In this document: in pieces, positions 25,276 through 54,579 of the stretch
How the letters are laid out: each line of letters begins with the position of its first letter
Position numbering within the stretch: position 1 is the first letter of the stretch
Assembly (NCBI RefSeq): GCF_009914755.1
Contig: NC_060929.1
Reading direction: 5' to 3' (one strand)
DNA from: the human T2T-CHM13v2.0 reference genome, Homo sapiens
Length of the DNA: 64,000 nucleotides
Position numbers and translations under genes: made by a program
The notes under the pieces: model-generated
The model's input: only the letters and a program-made list of their open reading frames with translations
Databases searched by the model: none
Told to the model about the DNA's origin: nothing

Positions 25276-26249
25276 TGAAATGTGAGCAGAAGTGACTTGT
25301 GTCACTTTTGGGTGCGAGCTTTAAGGACTATTGTATGATTTACCAAATTTCCCATTTCCTTTCACCACCTGCCATTGTAGAAGCACAAACTGCAATGAAG
25401 CCCCTACTACGCTGGGGCCCTGAGTGACTACTATGTGTAGTGCCACCCCACCACCCAACAAGCTGTGTTAGACATGTGGTGTATGCAGGAAATGAACTTT
25501 TGTTGCTTTAGGTCACTTAAACTTGGGATTGTTTGTTACTGCAGCAGAACCTAATCTATCCAGACCCTTCCTTTTTTTTGAGACAGAGTCTCACTCTGTC
25601 ACCCAGGCTGGAGTGCAACATCTCTGCTTACTGCAACCTCTACCTCCTGGGTTCAACCAATTCTCCTGCCTCAGCCTCCTGAGTAGCTAGGATTACCATT
25701 CCCAGCTAATTTTTGTGTTTTTTAGTAGAGATGGGCTTTCCCCATGTTGGCCAGGCTGGTCTTGAACTCTTGACCTCAGGTGATCCGCCCGCCTCGGCCT
25801 CCCAAAGTGCTGGGATTACAGGCTGAGCCACTGTGCCCAGCCCAGACACTTCTTATGCAAGCCTTACACACTGTTCTGCACCCTGATTTTTTCCACTTAA
25901 CAATATATCTTGGAGATTGTTTATATCAGTATACAAGCACTTCCACGCTTTTTTTTTAAATAGCTACATCGTATTCCTGGGTAGGAAAGGACATTTTACT
26001 TAATCAGTCTCTATTAAGGACAATTAGTATGATCCATCTTTTTGGACAATGCTGCAATGAATAGCCTTAAACATTTCTTTTTTTTTTTTTTTTTTTGAGA
26101 CAGAGTCTCACTCTGTCATCCACGCTGGAGTGCAGTGGCACAATCTCCGCTCACTGCAACCTCTGCACCTGGCTAAGTTTTGGACTTTTAGTAGACATGG
26201 GGTTTTGCCATGTTGGCCAGGCTGGTCTTGAACTCCTGGTCTCAAGTGA

Positions 26250-26522
<273 letters not shown>

Positions 26523-26660
26523 TAGTAGAGATAGGTTTTGCCATGTTGGCCAGGCTGTTCTCAGACTCCTTCCCTCGTGATCCACCCACCTCGGCCTCCC
26601 AAGGTGCTAGGATTACAGGCGTGAGCCACAGCACCCGACTAAGTGCAATGATATTTGTAA

Positions 26661-27009
<349 letters not shown>

Positions 27010-28043
27010 TAGCCAATTTTCCCTTTTAAAAATATCACTTTGGCTGTAGGTGGAAAATGGCTTAAAGAGCTGGAACGAAATTTCCTGAGTGACATCTCCT
27101 CTTCACCTCTTATCTATTGCCATGTCCTGTTCATGCCAGCTACATGCCAGGTCTCCATCTGTCCACCTGTCTGCATGTCCTGGCCACTGCCCCAGCATAG
27201 GGCACCATCATTCCTCTCTCTAAAAGTTCCTTCTAAAAGGTCTCTCACCTGTCTTAGGATACTTGGCTTGCAGACAAGGAAGCCAATTCTGAGTAACTAA
27301 GCAGATGAGGAATGGATGGGGCAGCCTGGGGGGCTTGCTGAATCCCCCTCCCCCAGGAAGGGCCTAGCTTGACTGCCTTCCTTGCCTCCCCCAACCTCCA
27401 CGGCCTCCACAGTGAATTCTAAATGATCCCCCTGATGTCTTGTGCCGGTCACATGCTCTAGATTCAAAGACCTGGTTGGAAACATTGGAATTGTGCTCCA
27501 GCTACCAGAGACCTGGGAGAAAAAATTCTACCTCCCTTCTTTGATTTCCTGAGTTGAAGGCAGGGTCTGCCTCCACATCTCATAGGATTCTTCTCAAACG
27601 GGAAGGGCTTCAGATGTTGGGAACTAAAACAACAACAAGCCAGCCCCCTCCCCTCAGCTTATCCTTCACAGTGCAGCCCAGAGCTCTCTATGAAAGCAAA
27701 TCTGATCACCCTACTCAAAACCTCCGTGAGAGCTCCCTACCACCTTCAAGACGAAGTCCAAAATTCCTTAGGTGGCTCTCAAGGCCCTCCCTGATCCAGG
27801 CCCCTCCTGAGACTTCAGCCTCATTTCTTGCCCCCATGTCGACCCCATTGTGTACCACTGTGTACCTTTAAACCCCAGCTGGATGCTTAGGTGCTGAACG
27901 CAGGAGCCCTTCCTGACTTCCTCTACGGAACTTCGAACATGTGATACCCCTCTGTCCAGAAGGCTCTTTCCCTCCCTACTCCAGTAACCTGCACATTTTC
28001 ACTGAATCTTCAGATTTCACTTGGACACAACAGCCTTCACTAA

Positions 28044-28290
<247 letters not shown>

Positions 28291-28329
28291 TAGCCAGGAG
28301 GGTTTCCCTCTTTTAAGGTACTTAACTCC

Positions 28330-28951
28330 CTAGATCCTAGATCCATCCACTTTTCTCCGTCTCTATTGCCACCTTGTAGGTCCAGGCCACCACCATCTCT
28401 TTACTGGAATTCTGTAAACTCCTGACTGCTCTGCTGCCACTCTTGGCCCCCTAGGAATCCACCAGAGTGATATTTTTAAAATATAAATCATTCTTTCAAA
28501 TGTTTCACATTTCACTTAGCAAAAACACTTCAGCCTCCTGGACGTGTTCACAGTCCTCCATGACCTAGCTAGTGCCTTTGCTCCTTCTGTCTCATCTCAG
28601 ACCACTGGGCCCAGAAGCTGCGGACGCCTTCTCCTATTCCCTGAACACACCACTTAGTCTGGCTTAGAGCCTCTGCGTTTGCTGTTGCTTCTACTGGATC
28701 CGCTCAAATGTCACACCCTGAGAGTGTCACACACTCTCTTAACGTCCGAAGAGCAGTTGTCACTCTCTGAAACCATCTATTTGTTTATTTACAGAATAAT
28801 TACCTTTATCTCACCCTGCCCTCACTTGCTCCCTCCACTTCTAGCAAGTAAGCAGGGAGCCTGGCTATCTTGCTGCCATCACTGTGTTCTCCAGCACCTG
28901 GCTTGGTGCCTGGCACAGAGGTGTTGCTCTGTATTTTCGGATGAATGAATG
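28330..28951 (+). mobile_element. L2 LINE 3' fragment
   Basis: Degenerate L2-like sequence ending CCAGCACCTGGCTTGGTGCCTGGCACAGAG...GAATGAATG. Confidence 0.6.
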
Positions 28952-30096
28952 CATAGGAACTAGAGAAGCCTAGATGGATCCGGCTCTGCCTTACTCGCGG
29001 AGTTTGGGCAAGCCTGTTTCCTGCTGCGTGAAGTAGGGGGTGGAGGAAGCGGGGTGTTAAGCTACAAGGTGTTGATTAGCTGTAAGATTTCAGCCTTGTT
29101 TTCTCCGTAGTCTTCGGGCTGGAGCCAGCCACTTGACGTCCGGCGCCTCAGCTCCCCACCTGTATAATGGGTGTGAACTCATCCCGAGGTCTAGGGGTGG
29201 TAGCGCTGCCTTATAAGGCGGCAGAGGCCGAGGGAAGGCGAGGCCGAGTGGGTGGAGAGAAATCACAACATCCGGCTGCGGGGGCTGGGCGGGGCGCCTG
29301 CGGCGACCGGGCAAGAGGTCGGGGAACGGCTGCGAGGCCGCAGCCTCCTCCCTGTCTCTCCCTCTTTCGATGTGCGCCCTCCTGATTGGGGCCGACCCAA
29401 GGGAATACGGCCACACAAGTGGACCAAACAAACTCGCTGCCAGCCCGCAGGAGGCCCAGGATACGGAGCGCGTCCCCGACAAAACCCTAGAAAAGCCGTC
29501 TGCGAGCCAAAGGCCGCCGGGCCACACCTTCAGGCGACGACCCAATCAAAATGCAGTACTTGAGATGACGGACGTCTTCTTCACCCAATCACATATTCGG
29601 CCTCCTGGGCGTGCCCCAGAGTACCCACCTCCATTGTCCCGGCTGAGGGCTCGGCCCTAATTGGCAGTTTGGTATCCTACGAAAGCCTAGAAATTCGAAC
29701 CTAGGGGCTGAACCCCGCCCTCAGACCAACCAGGAAGAGGTGACGTGATTGGTCCCGCCCCCGTACTTCTTTGAGCGAGTCCCCAGCTGGGGGGGCGGGG
29801 GAAAAAATGAAGAGGAAGACTAATGGGAAGACGGCGCGGGGAGCTTCTGCCCGGTGATTGGTCAAATGAGGTAAACAGAGGGCGGGGCAGGGCGGGCCAG
29901 CGCCGGGGTGGCCCCCGGGAGGGGGCGGAGAGTGCGCGGCTGGCTGCGGCGGCCGGGGAGGCCGGGGAGGCCGCGGCGCGGTCACTGCGAGCCGAGCCGA
30001 GCCGCGCCGAGCCGCGCCGATCGCCATCCGGCCTCGGCACTCGCGCGCGATCCCGGCCGGCGGCGCGGCCCGGCGGGCCAGGCGGCGCCACAGCCC

Positions 30097-45041
<14,945 letters not shown>

Positions 45042-48000
45042 CCCCCAGCCCGAGGCCCCCACCAGCAGTTGGCGGTAGCAGCTACTCCGAGCGCCGTTTA
45101 CAGTTTTGCACAGTGATCTTCCCCATTGTCCACTCAAGTCGTGGCCTGGGGAACACAGACGGAGCTGTCCCCAGTGTCCTCCGTCCCTCAGCCCCTGGCC
45201 TGGCTGAGTTTGGCAGGGCCTGGGCCATCCCTGGGACAAAGGTGCGTCCCTTCAGCTCTTCTCCGTGGAGCTCGGGGCTTTCTGTATTTATGTATTTGTA
45301 CGAATGTATATAGCGACCAGAGCATTCTTAATTCCCGCCGCAGACCTGGCGCCCCCGCCTTGGCTCCTGGGGGCAGCCAGCCCTGGCTGGGAGAGCGGGA
45401 GCTGGCAGAGGAGCCACTGCCAAACTCAAGGCTCCTCTGGCCCAGCTTGGATGGCTGAGGGTGGTCACACCCCTGAGCCTTCAGCACTGTGCTGGCCACC
45501 CCGGCCTCTGAGTAAGACTCGTGCCTCCCCCTGCTGCCCTGGGCTCAGGCTGCTACCCTCTGGGGCCCAAAGCTGTCCCTTCTCAGTGCTTGTCAGCGCT
45601 GGGTCTGGGGCCTCTGTATGCCCTAGGCCTGTGCCAAAGTGGCCAGAGATTGGGCTGCCTGTGATACCCATCAGCCCACTGCCCCGGCCGGCCCAGATAG
45701 GTCTGCCTCTGCCTTCCAGCTCCCACAGCCTGGTCCCTGATACTGGGCTCTGTCCTGCAGACACCTCTTTCAGAAACGCCCAAGCCCAGCCCCTAGGAGG
45801 GGGTGGGGCATCCCTGGTCAACCCTCAAACATTCCGGACTCCCCTCATAACAATAGACACATGTGCCCAGCAATAATCCGCCCCTTCCTGTGTGCGCCTG
45901 TGGGGTGCGTGCGCGCGCGTGTGTACCTGTGTGGGTGAAGGGGATAGGGCGAGGCTGTGCCTGTGCCCCAGGTCCCAGCCCTGGCCCTTCCCAGACTGTG
46001 ATGGCCATCCTGGTCCCAGTGTTAGGGTAGCATGGGATTACAGGGCCCTGTTTTTTCCATATTTAAAGCCAATTTTTATTACTCGTTTTGTCCAACGTAA
46101 GCTGCCACATGTCTCTGTGTGAATAGTCCGAGCACAAACCTGGCTAGCCGCCCCTGCCTGCCTCTTTCTTGCTTCCGGTGCTCCAGGGGTCTTCCTGCTC
46201 CCCTGGCCCAGCTGGAAGCGGGAAGGGATTGGAGGTGGGCCTGGAGGGAAGCAGGGTGTGCCCTTCCGAGGCCCAGGAGCCCCCAGGGCTGACTCTGAAC
46301 TAGCCTCTCCAGACAGCCAGGCTTTGGTAGCCTTTGGGCTCACCCAGTGGGTTTCCCAACTTCCTAAATGGGATGGGGCCTAAGGAAAGAAGCCTTGGGT
46401 ACCCACTGGGATGTGGGTCTGTTTCTGACTGCTGGTAAGGCGGGCCCCGTTGGTGTCCTCCCCTCCAAGGCTAAGGTGGCCTGGCTGCCTAAATGTGGAC
46501 GTAAGAGTAGGGTGGGAGCTGTGTAAGGAATGTCTGCCCCAGGCCTGCGTTACCTGGACGCCAGCCATGTACGGGCCCCGGGCTGAGGCACGTGCATCAT
46601 ATCCACCCCTCTGTTTTGCCCTTGACACATTATGGGCAAAGACCTAGACAGTGGGTGACGCTGGCAGATAGGCTGTGGCCAGTGTGGGAGAGTTCTCTGA
46701 AGACGGTGGTTGAGCCGGCCTCGAAGTGGACATTCACCTGGGAGGAAGGGGGACTGGGAGGCACTCAAGGGGAGCTTCCTGCCTGGGCTCTGGGGCTGAG
46801 AGCTTGTTGCCTACCAGTCTGTCCCAGATCTGGCAACCCCATCACTGCTCTATAGACTCCCAGTGTCCCCAGCTCCCTGAGAATGCCCCGTAAGCCCCAT
46901 CAAGCTTGTTCCTGGCCTCTGGACTGGGCACCCAGTGCTGCAGGAGCCACGTGAGCTTTGTAGCTGACAGTTCCAGGTTCAAGCCCCAGCCTGGCCACTT
47001 TTCAAGTTGGCCCTGCACAGGCGCTTCCCTGATATGGAAAGGTAGGTGTAAGACCCATCACCTTTCTGGGCAGCTGTGAGAATCCACCAAAGCAGCCAGC
47101 CAGCCCCTTGAGTTCCCAAGCCACCGCAGGACTCCCACCTGCTGGGGAGTGGTGCTGAGTACCAAACTAACCACCTGGCTTAAGCACAGCCAGAAGGTGC
47201 CAAGCCAGCAGCCTGGCAGAAGGGGCCTTTTGTGGCCCCACTCATGACATGTGGAGTGCCTGCTGCTTCCCACCAACCTAAGGGAAGTAAGGGGAGTGGG
47301 GACCTGCTCAAGGTCTTCCAACTGGTTAAGTGGCCATTGCAGGGTGGGGAGGAAACCAGGTAATGATGGGAAAGCTGGATCCTACCCATGTATCATGAGA
47401 AAGGAGCCTGGGGTGGGTTTGCCCCTCTGCCCCAGGCTGTTATGAGGTGGGAGTGGGGGATTTTTAGGTAGGTGTTAGCATGTCATACCAAAGCCCAGCC
47501 CTGGGCAGGTATGCAAGAGAGCGCGTGCCAGGTGGATGTGCAGGACCCTGAGGCACTCTGCCTGCACCTGGATCAGGACACCCTGGCCAGCTCCCCCTTG
47601 GGCTAGGGAGGCATCCAGGGAACTTCTTGGCTAGGGTTAAACTCACCTTAAAGCTCTTAACACAGTGGGTCCTTGGCAGAGGGAACTCCCAGAATTCATT
47701 TCCCAAGAAGCTTCCCTGAGCTGTCCTCCATGCCCAGCTCTATGGTGGGAACTGGGACCCAGATGGAGACGAGGCCCCTGGCAGCTTGGAGCTCAGTCTG
47801 GTAGGGAGGCAGACGTGGGAACAGCGGGACCCAGTGTGATCAGCACTGTGGAAGAGAGGATTCTAGAGCTGACAGGGTTGGGGGTGGGGCAGCACCAAAC
47901 AGGGAGGCCCCTTGACCCTGAAGGTGTCAGAATTGGTGCCCTCCAGGACACAGGGTCAGATGTACCCAAGTAGAGGAGCCAGATGGATGGTCTAGGGCTT

Positions 48001-49009
48001 TAGTGGTTTAGGATGGCTGAGCATGGGAGGCCAGGGGTGGAAGCAAGGAATGGCTGGAGCTGAAGTCAGTGAGACACAGCCAGCTTTGAAAGCTAGATTA
48101 AGGATCACAGGGTTAAGGCCCAGATGGGGCCTCATCTGGAAGGTAGGGGATTCCCTGAAGGGTTTTTACTGGTTGTGTTGGGGTGTTTGCTCCAGCATGT
48201 ACAAAAGCACCCCCAGTCTCTGTCCATGTGGTTTAGACGGGGCTGGGCTTGCACCCCCTGCACACGCATACTCCACACACATACCTAGAGTGAGAGAGCC
48301 AGGTGGGAATGTTGCAAGTGACAGAACTGTCCTCCCGCTAACTTAGAAGGTGTTCCAAGGATATGGAGGAGCTTCGGGGTCTTAGTTGTGGGCTCCATTC
48401 TCATCAGGAGACACCCACCAGAACCAAGATGATAGAGCCATTTGGTTTTGCCTCTTTGAGCCCAGTTGCAAACTCAAGGAGTCTGAGTGGCCAGGCTGGA
48501 TACCTGCCTGCTGTGCACTGTCAGGGAGCAGGGCACTTGGGTTCACAGTTTCACCAGGATGGCACCCGTGGGGCAGTGATTCCCCCATTGAAATCAGGGT
48601 GCCTGTATACAAAGAAAAGGGAGCGGGTACTGGGAGGCCATTCCCTTTGCATAAGGAGCACATATCCTCTCCCTTAACACACAGGCACTTAGATTGGTTC
48701 ACTGATAGAGACTCAGCCCAAATGAGTCCAAAAAGAATCATTCGTGGAGTTGTTTGCTTGTATTTTGCTCAAATGATGGGGAAGGAATTGGGGTTCCGTT
48801 TTCCTCCAGGGATAGATGGCAGGATATGAGCCTAGGGCTGCTGGGGTTGTCCTCGCTACTTCTTGGGGTGAGCTTGCCTGAGAGTGATGCAAACAGAAGC
48901 AGATACGTGCCTGACACCATTGCGGGAACACCTGGAAGCAACTGTGACCAAAGCTAGAATCTACCCTGGGACTTGCCAGTTGCATGAACCAGTCCCCTTT
49001 GAGCTCAAA

Positions 49010-49224
49010 GCTTTTTCTTTTCTTTCTCTTTTTCTTTCTTTTCTTTCTTTCCTTTCTTCTTTCTTTCTCTTTTATTTTTCTTTCTTTCTGTCCTTTCTCT
49101 TTCTTCTTTCTCTTTTTTTTTTGAGACAGGGTCTCACCCCCTCCCTTAGGCTGGAGTGCGGTGGCGTGATCTCGGCTCACTGCAACCTCTGCCTCCCGGA
49201 TTCAAGCGATTCTCCACAGGCGTG

Positions 49225-49255
<31 letters not shown>

Positions 49256-49270
49256 GGTAGAGACGGGGTA
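49010..49270 (-). mobile_element. Truncated, internally deleted Alu with a long (CTTT)n-like tail inside an MLT1-like LTR
   Basis: GAGCTCAAA duplicated at 49001-49009 and 49271-49279; Alu right-arm text at 49122-49215. Confidence 0.7.
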
Positions 49271-49799
49271 GAGCTCAAACCTATTTGTTTGGGAGTTCTG
49301 TCACTTCAACCCCAAATGTTCCAGCTAATATGGTGGTGGAGGGGTTTTTGGCAAATCATCTTAAGTGCAGTAGAGAAGTTGGACGAAAAACAGCCCAGTT
49401 AAGAGGCCGATGGACAGCCAACTTCAGAGTGGCCTCTGCAAGCTTGGACCTCGGGGTAGACAGTGGGGCGCTCTCTAGGGGTCATCTGTTCCCTGCTGGG
49501 GTAGGGGGGAGGCATGTCCACGGAGGCCAGGGCTGTGGGTTCGGCACTAGGTCCTCCTCCCCGTGGCTTCCTAGTAGGCATGTGGTGGTGTACGCCTGCT
49601 GGGCACCTAGCGAGAGGGGTCGTGAGTTGGGAGGGAGCCACGTTGGGGTGCCTGCCTGCTCGGGGGCCCCTGCCCACTGCGTGTGCGCAGCGCCTGTCAG
49701 GATGTGACGGGGACCTGGACATGTGTGTGCTCTCCGAGCTGAGCTGTGTGCGCGTCCGGGTTCTCGACCTCAGCTGCCTGGCTGTGCATCCAGCGTGCA

Positions 49800-51000
49800 C
49801 GACCGGTGTGGCCTGGGCTCCAGCCTGGAGTGTGGACCGGGTCGGCCGGCGTGTGCCTCCCCTGTGAGGGTGCCCTGGCGGGTGTGAGCCCGGCGGGCTG
49901 GAGAACCGGGTCTCGGCGCCGCAGGTGGGTGACCGTCCTCCCCCTCCTTCCCTCCGGGGGCAGCCTCCTCGCGGCGTGTGGCTGGGGGTGCGGGGCCCTC
50001 TGCCGGCTGCCGCGCGCGCGCACGCCGGGCTCAGCACCCGCCGTGTACGCGCCCGTGCGCGCGCCCCGCGCCTCCAGCCCAGCGCTCGGAGCCGCTTTCG
50101 CTGCCACTGTCTGCTCCCCCGGGCCGCCGCCGCCTCCCCCCGCAGGCCCGGGGCTCTGTCCGCTGGGCCCGCGCTGCTCGCCCCGAGCCAGGAGAACGAG
50201 CTCGAGGAGGATGCCTGGGCCCGTGAGTACCGCGGCGGCTGCGGGCCGGGCGGGCACGGAGCGCGGGCGGAAGATGGTCCCAGGACTGAGCCCTTCCCCG
50301 CGGGCGGCTCAGCGCCCTGGCCCCGGGTCGCCGCCCCGGTCCCCCGCCCGGGCCGCGAGCAGCCCCTCCCCCAGTCCACACCGGAGGGAGGGAGAGCGCC
50401 AGTGAGCGAGGGAGCCGGAACGGGGCGCGAGCCGCCACCAGTTCGCTTGGAAACGGTTGCCACAGCAACGGGGTTGCGCTCCCCGGCAACACGACTGCGG
50501 GGCGGCGACGCCCCCTCCCCCTCCCTCCCCCCTCCCCCGACGCGGGCCCACAGCCCGGGGGTGCAGGGGGAGAGGGGTGCGCGGCGGGGGCATGTCGCCC
50601 CTCTGGCCCGGCTGGGTGTGCCTGCCTCCACAGCCCGTCGAGGGTGGGGGTGGGGGCGAACGGCCGTGGGCACGAGCTGGCTCCCACGTGGCTGCAGTCG
50701 TCGCAGCAGGGCTCCTGGGGTGGCTGCAAACGTGGGGGCGGCCCAGCCCCTGGGCTTGTCACGGGAGGAGGAGGCATGGAGGCTGGCGCTGGGGTCTTTG
50801 CCCATAGACCCCCCACCCACCCACCCACCGCCGCCACCACCTAATCGCGCCGGCCCTGGACATGGCCTGAGCCGAGCTGGGTTCCCCAGGGGCGACGTTT
50901 CTTACCAGGGTAGAGGAGCGAAGCTTGCATCCCTCCTCCTCCTCACGGCCGAGGCACGTGCCAAACCGGGCATGGGCCCGCGGTGAGTCTCTGCTCCGTG
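49800..51000 (+). promoter_or_regulatory. PRR7: CpG-island promoter with non-coding first exon(s) of PRR7
   Basis: CpG-dense region with strong donors CCC|GTGAGT (exon end 50222) and GCG|GTGAGT (exon end 50982), and no credible CDS. Assignment to PRR7 is inferred from orientation and downstream exons. Confidence 0.7.
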
Positions 51001-54000
51001 TTCCTAGCCACCATTCTCCAGGGAGGGGTGGAAGCAGAGTGGGCAGGAGCAGAGGAAAGGATATTGCTGACCCAGGGAAGCTGAAGCCCAGGCCAAATGG
51101 GAGCGACCCAGCCCATTGTCTGGATCACAAGTGCCCCTTTCTTGTCTGAGCACAATGCCCCAACTGTACTGAGTAGCATGCAGGTTGGCCGGCAGGGAGG
51201 CCCGCGCCACATGGAGGTGCCTGGTCCGCCAGGGGAGCTCCTCTGGGAGGAGAATGGCCTCTGACTCAGAGGAAATGACCTCTGGCTCCCCTCCCAACCT
51301 CCCCTCAGCGGGCATCATGCTGGAGAGAGAAATGGCCCTCCTGCCAGCTCTCCCAGGCCTGACTCAGCAGATGCCAGCCCCGACCGCGGGCTTCAGATCC
51401 AGGATCCCAGCGACCACAACCGTCCTTGGGTTTCCTTTCCCATCCGGGGAGGCATCCTAGAGGTGACTGGCATCTGGGGCATTGGAGGCCTTGGCATAAG
51501 ATGCCCTTAGATGGGTGGTGCCCTGGAGGTCAGGCCTGAGTCTCCTGCAGGCAGGGGCGCCTGGGGAATTACTCACGGGTGCCTTTCATTCCCTTCCTGC
51601 TCTGTGAGACCTGTGTTGAGTGCTCTGCATCCATTATCTCCTAATTTTTTTTTACAACAGTTGCGCAAGGTAAGTTTATTATCCCCATTTTAGAGATGAA
51701 GACTCTAAAGGGAGGCTCAGGGAGGTGAGTGACTTGCCCAAGGTCACACTACCAGTAAGTGGCAGAGCTGAGTCTACACTGCAGGCTTCTCTGGGGGCAA
51801 AGCTCCTCTCTGCCTGCTAGCTAACTTCTCTTGTAACCCAGGAGAAGAACTGTAGAGCCTTCTTCCTTCACTTTCCTCCAGTGAGGACATTCCCTGTCTT
51901 TCGGGTCTTGGTACATTTTTCCTTCTTCCAGCTAAATCAGCCACATTCTTGCTCCCCCAGATGCATTATAGGATGGGGCCAGCTTTCTCCCTCCCTTCTT
52001 CACTTCCTCCCTCCCTCCATTTTCTCCGGTGAGACCAAGCAGCAAAGGGCTGCCTCAGTCCCCTGGGAAAACCCCAAGCCCTGGTCCTCGGCTCATGGGC
52101 TCCATGGCCTGCTCAGCTTGCAGTCTTGGCTGTGGGAGAGAAAATTTAGCAAAGATGGGTCCATGCACTGCTGCAGCCTGTGGGTGCTCAGTCTAGCTCC
52201 AGGCATTGGAAACCCAAATGCTTCCAAGGATCAGGGGGGAAATGGAATGAGTGAGGCGGGCCAGGGAGCCGCTCAGCTCCAATCTTTGTCACTGTGTGAA
52301 ATGTGGACTTGGTATGACCTGACTGTCCAATTTTCAAGATGAACCAGAAATCCAGACCTTTATATAAAATCTCCTGGATTTTTAAATGTTGGCAATTAAT
52401 CAGAATGTTTTTAAAAATGGATTGTGAACATGGATTGTTTTTAAAACATGTCTGAGAACTGTGTCCAACCTAAGGGTCCTGTGTCTGAGACCTCTGGTCC
52501 GTGGGAAAGGGACCGCAGGTTTTGCTGGGCCGCCTCCAGGCTGTGTACACTGTGACACCAGGGGCTGCTTTCTGCATTTGAGCCTCTTGAGGCTGCAGGG
52601 TGATCCCTCATCAGAGGGAGTTCTGTTGTCCCCTCGGCACCCTGGTCCTACTGCTGAAGAAACTCCAGCTCAGGTATGGGAGTAGCCAGGATGGGATCAC
52701 ATGGCTCGGTGAGGGCAGAAGCCAGATTTGAGCTCAGGCCTACCCCTCGGCACTCTGCATGTTACCCAGGCTGCCCCCCACCAGGGTGTCACCATCACGC
52801 CCGTGGGGCCGCCTCCCCTGGGAGGTCAGATCATTATTTCCATGCCAGCTGCGGGGATGAAGGCACAGAGAGCCACAGGCTGAGGTTTCAGAGGAGGAAC
52901 CTGGTCTCTGAAAACCCTGCCCTGAGGAGGGCCGGAGCTGAGCGCAGTAGACACTGGCCTGAGGGAGGGCTCTCCACCTACAAGCCCACCGAGGCCTCAG
53001 TCTCTGTGGTCTTATTTGTAGTTTCCCAAGCCCTGGGTTCCTGGCTTGGTGTCAGGGTTAGGTCATCTACCTGCAAGCAAGGGTGCCTGCCACTCAGTAC
53101 CCTGGCCTAGGCGGAGGGCGGTTCTGGCCAGCTCCAAGCCTGGCTGACTGGGAGTGGAGACAAGTCCTGTCAAGTCCTCTCTGGCCTCAGTTCCTCTGTG
53201 TTGATGTGGGAAGGGTGTAAGGGTGTCACCAGTGGCTCCCTGAAATGCCCTTGCTGCCGGGACCGAGGACTTTGTCATCACCCGGGCTTCACACCACCTG
53301 GCTATGGAGACCTGAGCTGGACCCACTCCTTGAGCCTACATCCTTGTCTGTAGAGAGAACAGCAGCCACCTCCTGAGTTTTCCTTAGATAACTAGCATAG
53401 AGACCAGTAGTGGGCCTGGCGTATGCAAGGCACACAGGACAGGCTGTCAGTCTGTCCTGCCCCCCAGCCCTCACCCCCTGCTCTGAGTTCCTGTCCCTTC
53501 CCTTGAAGACCAGCAGCTCTAGCCTCAAGTCCAGGTGTGACCCAGTGCCCCTGCTGCCCGGGATTTTCCATCCCCACCCCCCAGAGCCCTGGTGTGTGCC
53601 TCCGTACAGCCTTTTCCTTTGATTCACGTAGACACATGGGGTCTCCACTTGCTTATGAACTGCCCTGCCAGGCGGGGGCTGGGTGATGGCTCTTCTCTGA
53701 GTGACGTTTTGGTGAATGGCTGACATTTCCCAGGAATGAATTGGACACAGAGCCAGCCCTTGAGGTACTCCCCCGGTCCCACAGCTAAAAGACCAACCAG
53801 GTAACGAGCCCTCCAGCATCTCCTTCCATAGGTGGTTCTTGAGCCAATTACTGGGTGCCAGCTGGTAAGGCCGATGGTGCTCGGCTCTGGCCACCCCGGA
53901 ACATCCTGGCATCATTGGGCTTCCCATCCCTGAGGGGTGAGGTGGCTCAGGTGAGCCCCAGAGGCCTTGGCAGGAGCTCATTCGGGAGGCCAGCACCTAG

Positions 54001-54002
54001 GT

Positions 54003-54175
54003 CAGTGGTTCTCAAAGTGTGCTCCCTGGCCCTGCAGTACCAGCATCTGCTGGAAATTTGTTTAAAATGCAAACTCGGGCCCCATCCTAGACCTACTGAA
54101 TCCAGTACTGGGAATGGAGCCCAGCACTGTTTTAACAGCCTCCACGTGGTTCTGTTGCCTGCTTAAATTTGAGAG
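54003..54175. mobile_element. MER5A-like DNA transposon relic
   Basis: CAGTGGTTCTCAAAGTGTG...CAGCATC...GGAAATTTGTTTAAAATGCAAA...CCCATCCTAGACCTACTGAATC...TTTAACA. Confidence 0.7.
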
Positions 54176-54579
54176 GCCCAGATCTAAGCCATGTTAAATG
54201 CTAGATTGGCTCCTGAGGCAGCGTAGTGTTGTGAGGAGTGACTAGGCTGGGCAGGGGCACAGCACAGTGGCAAGCATGGTGATGGGGGCCAGGGGAGAGA
54301 CGATGCTGGCCTGGCCAAGGCAGTGGCAGGAGGACCAAAGGAAGTGGACAAATGCCACCCTGCAGAGGATGCGGCGGACGGAAGGAATGGTAGGCTCTTT
54401 GCTGAGATAAAGGACCCAGTAGCAGATCTTTGGTGCTTTGGCCTGTAAGGCTGAAGTGTGCACAGGGCAGTGTGGGAGGTGCCCACAGCAATGCAGCCAG
54501 GCCCTGGCTCTGTGTGCCCTTGGGTGTCATTTAAGCTCCTTGAGCCAAGTGTTCTCATCTGCCAACTAACAAGAATGCC

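Noticed and set aside
49399-50986. Long overlapping ORFs (473 aa minus, 353 aa plus, 269 aa minus) over the CpG island
   Set aside because: Non-ATG or weak starts, Ala/Arg/Gly/Pro-rich low-complexity translations and no recognisable domain. Stop codons are simply rare in very GC-rich DNA.
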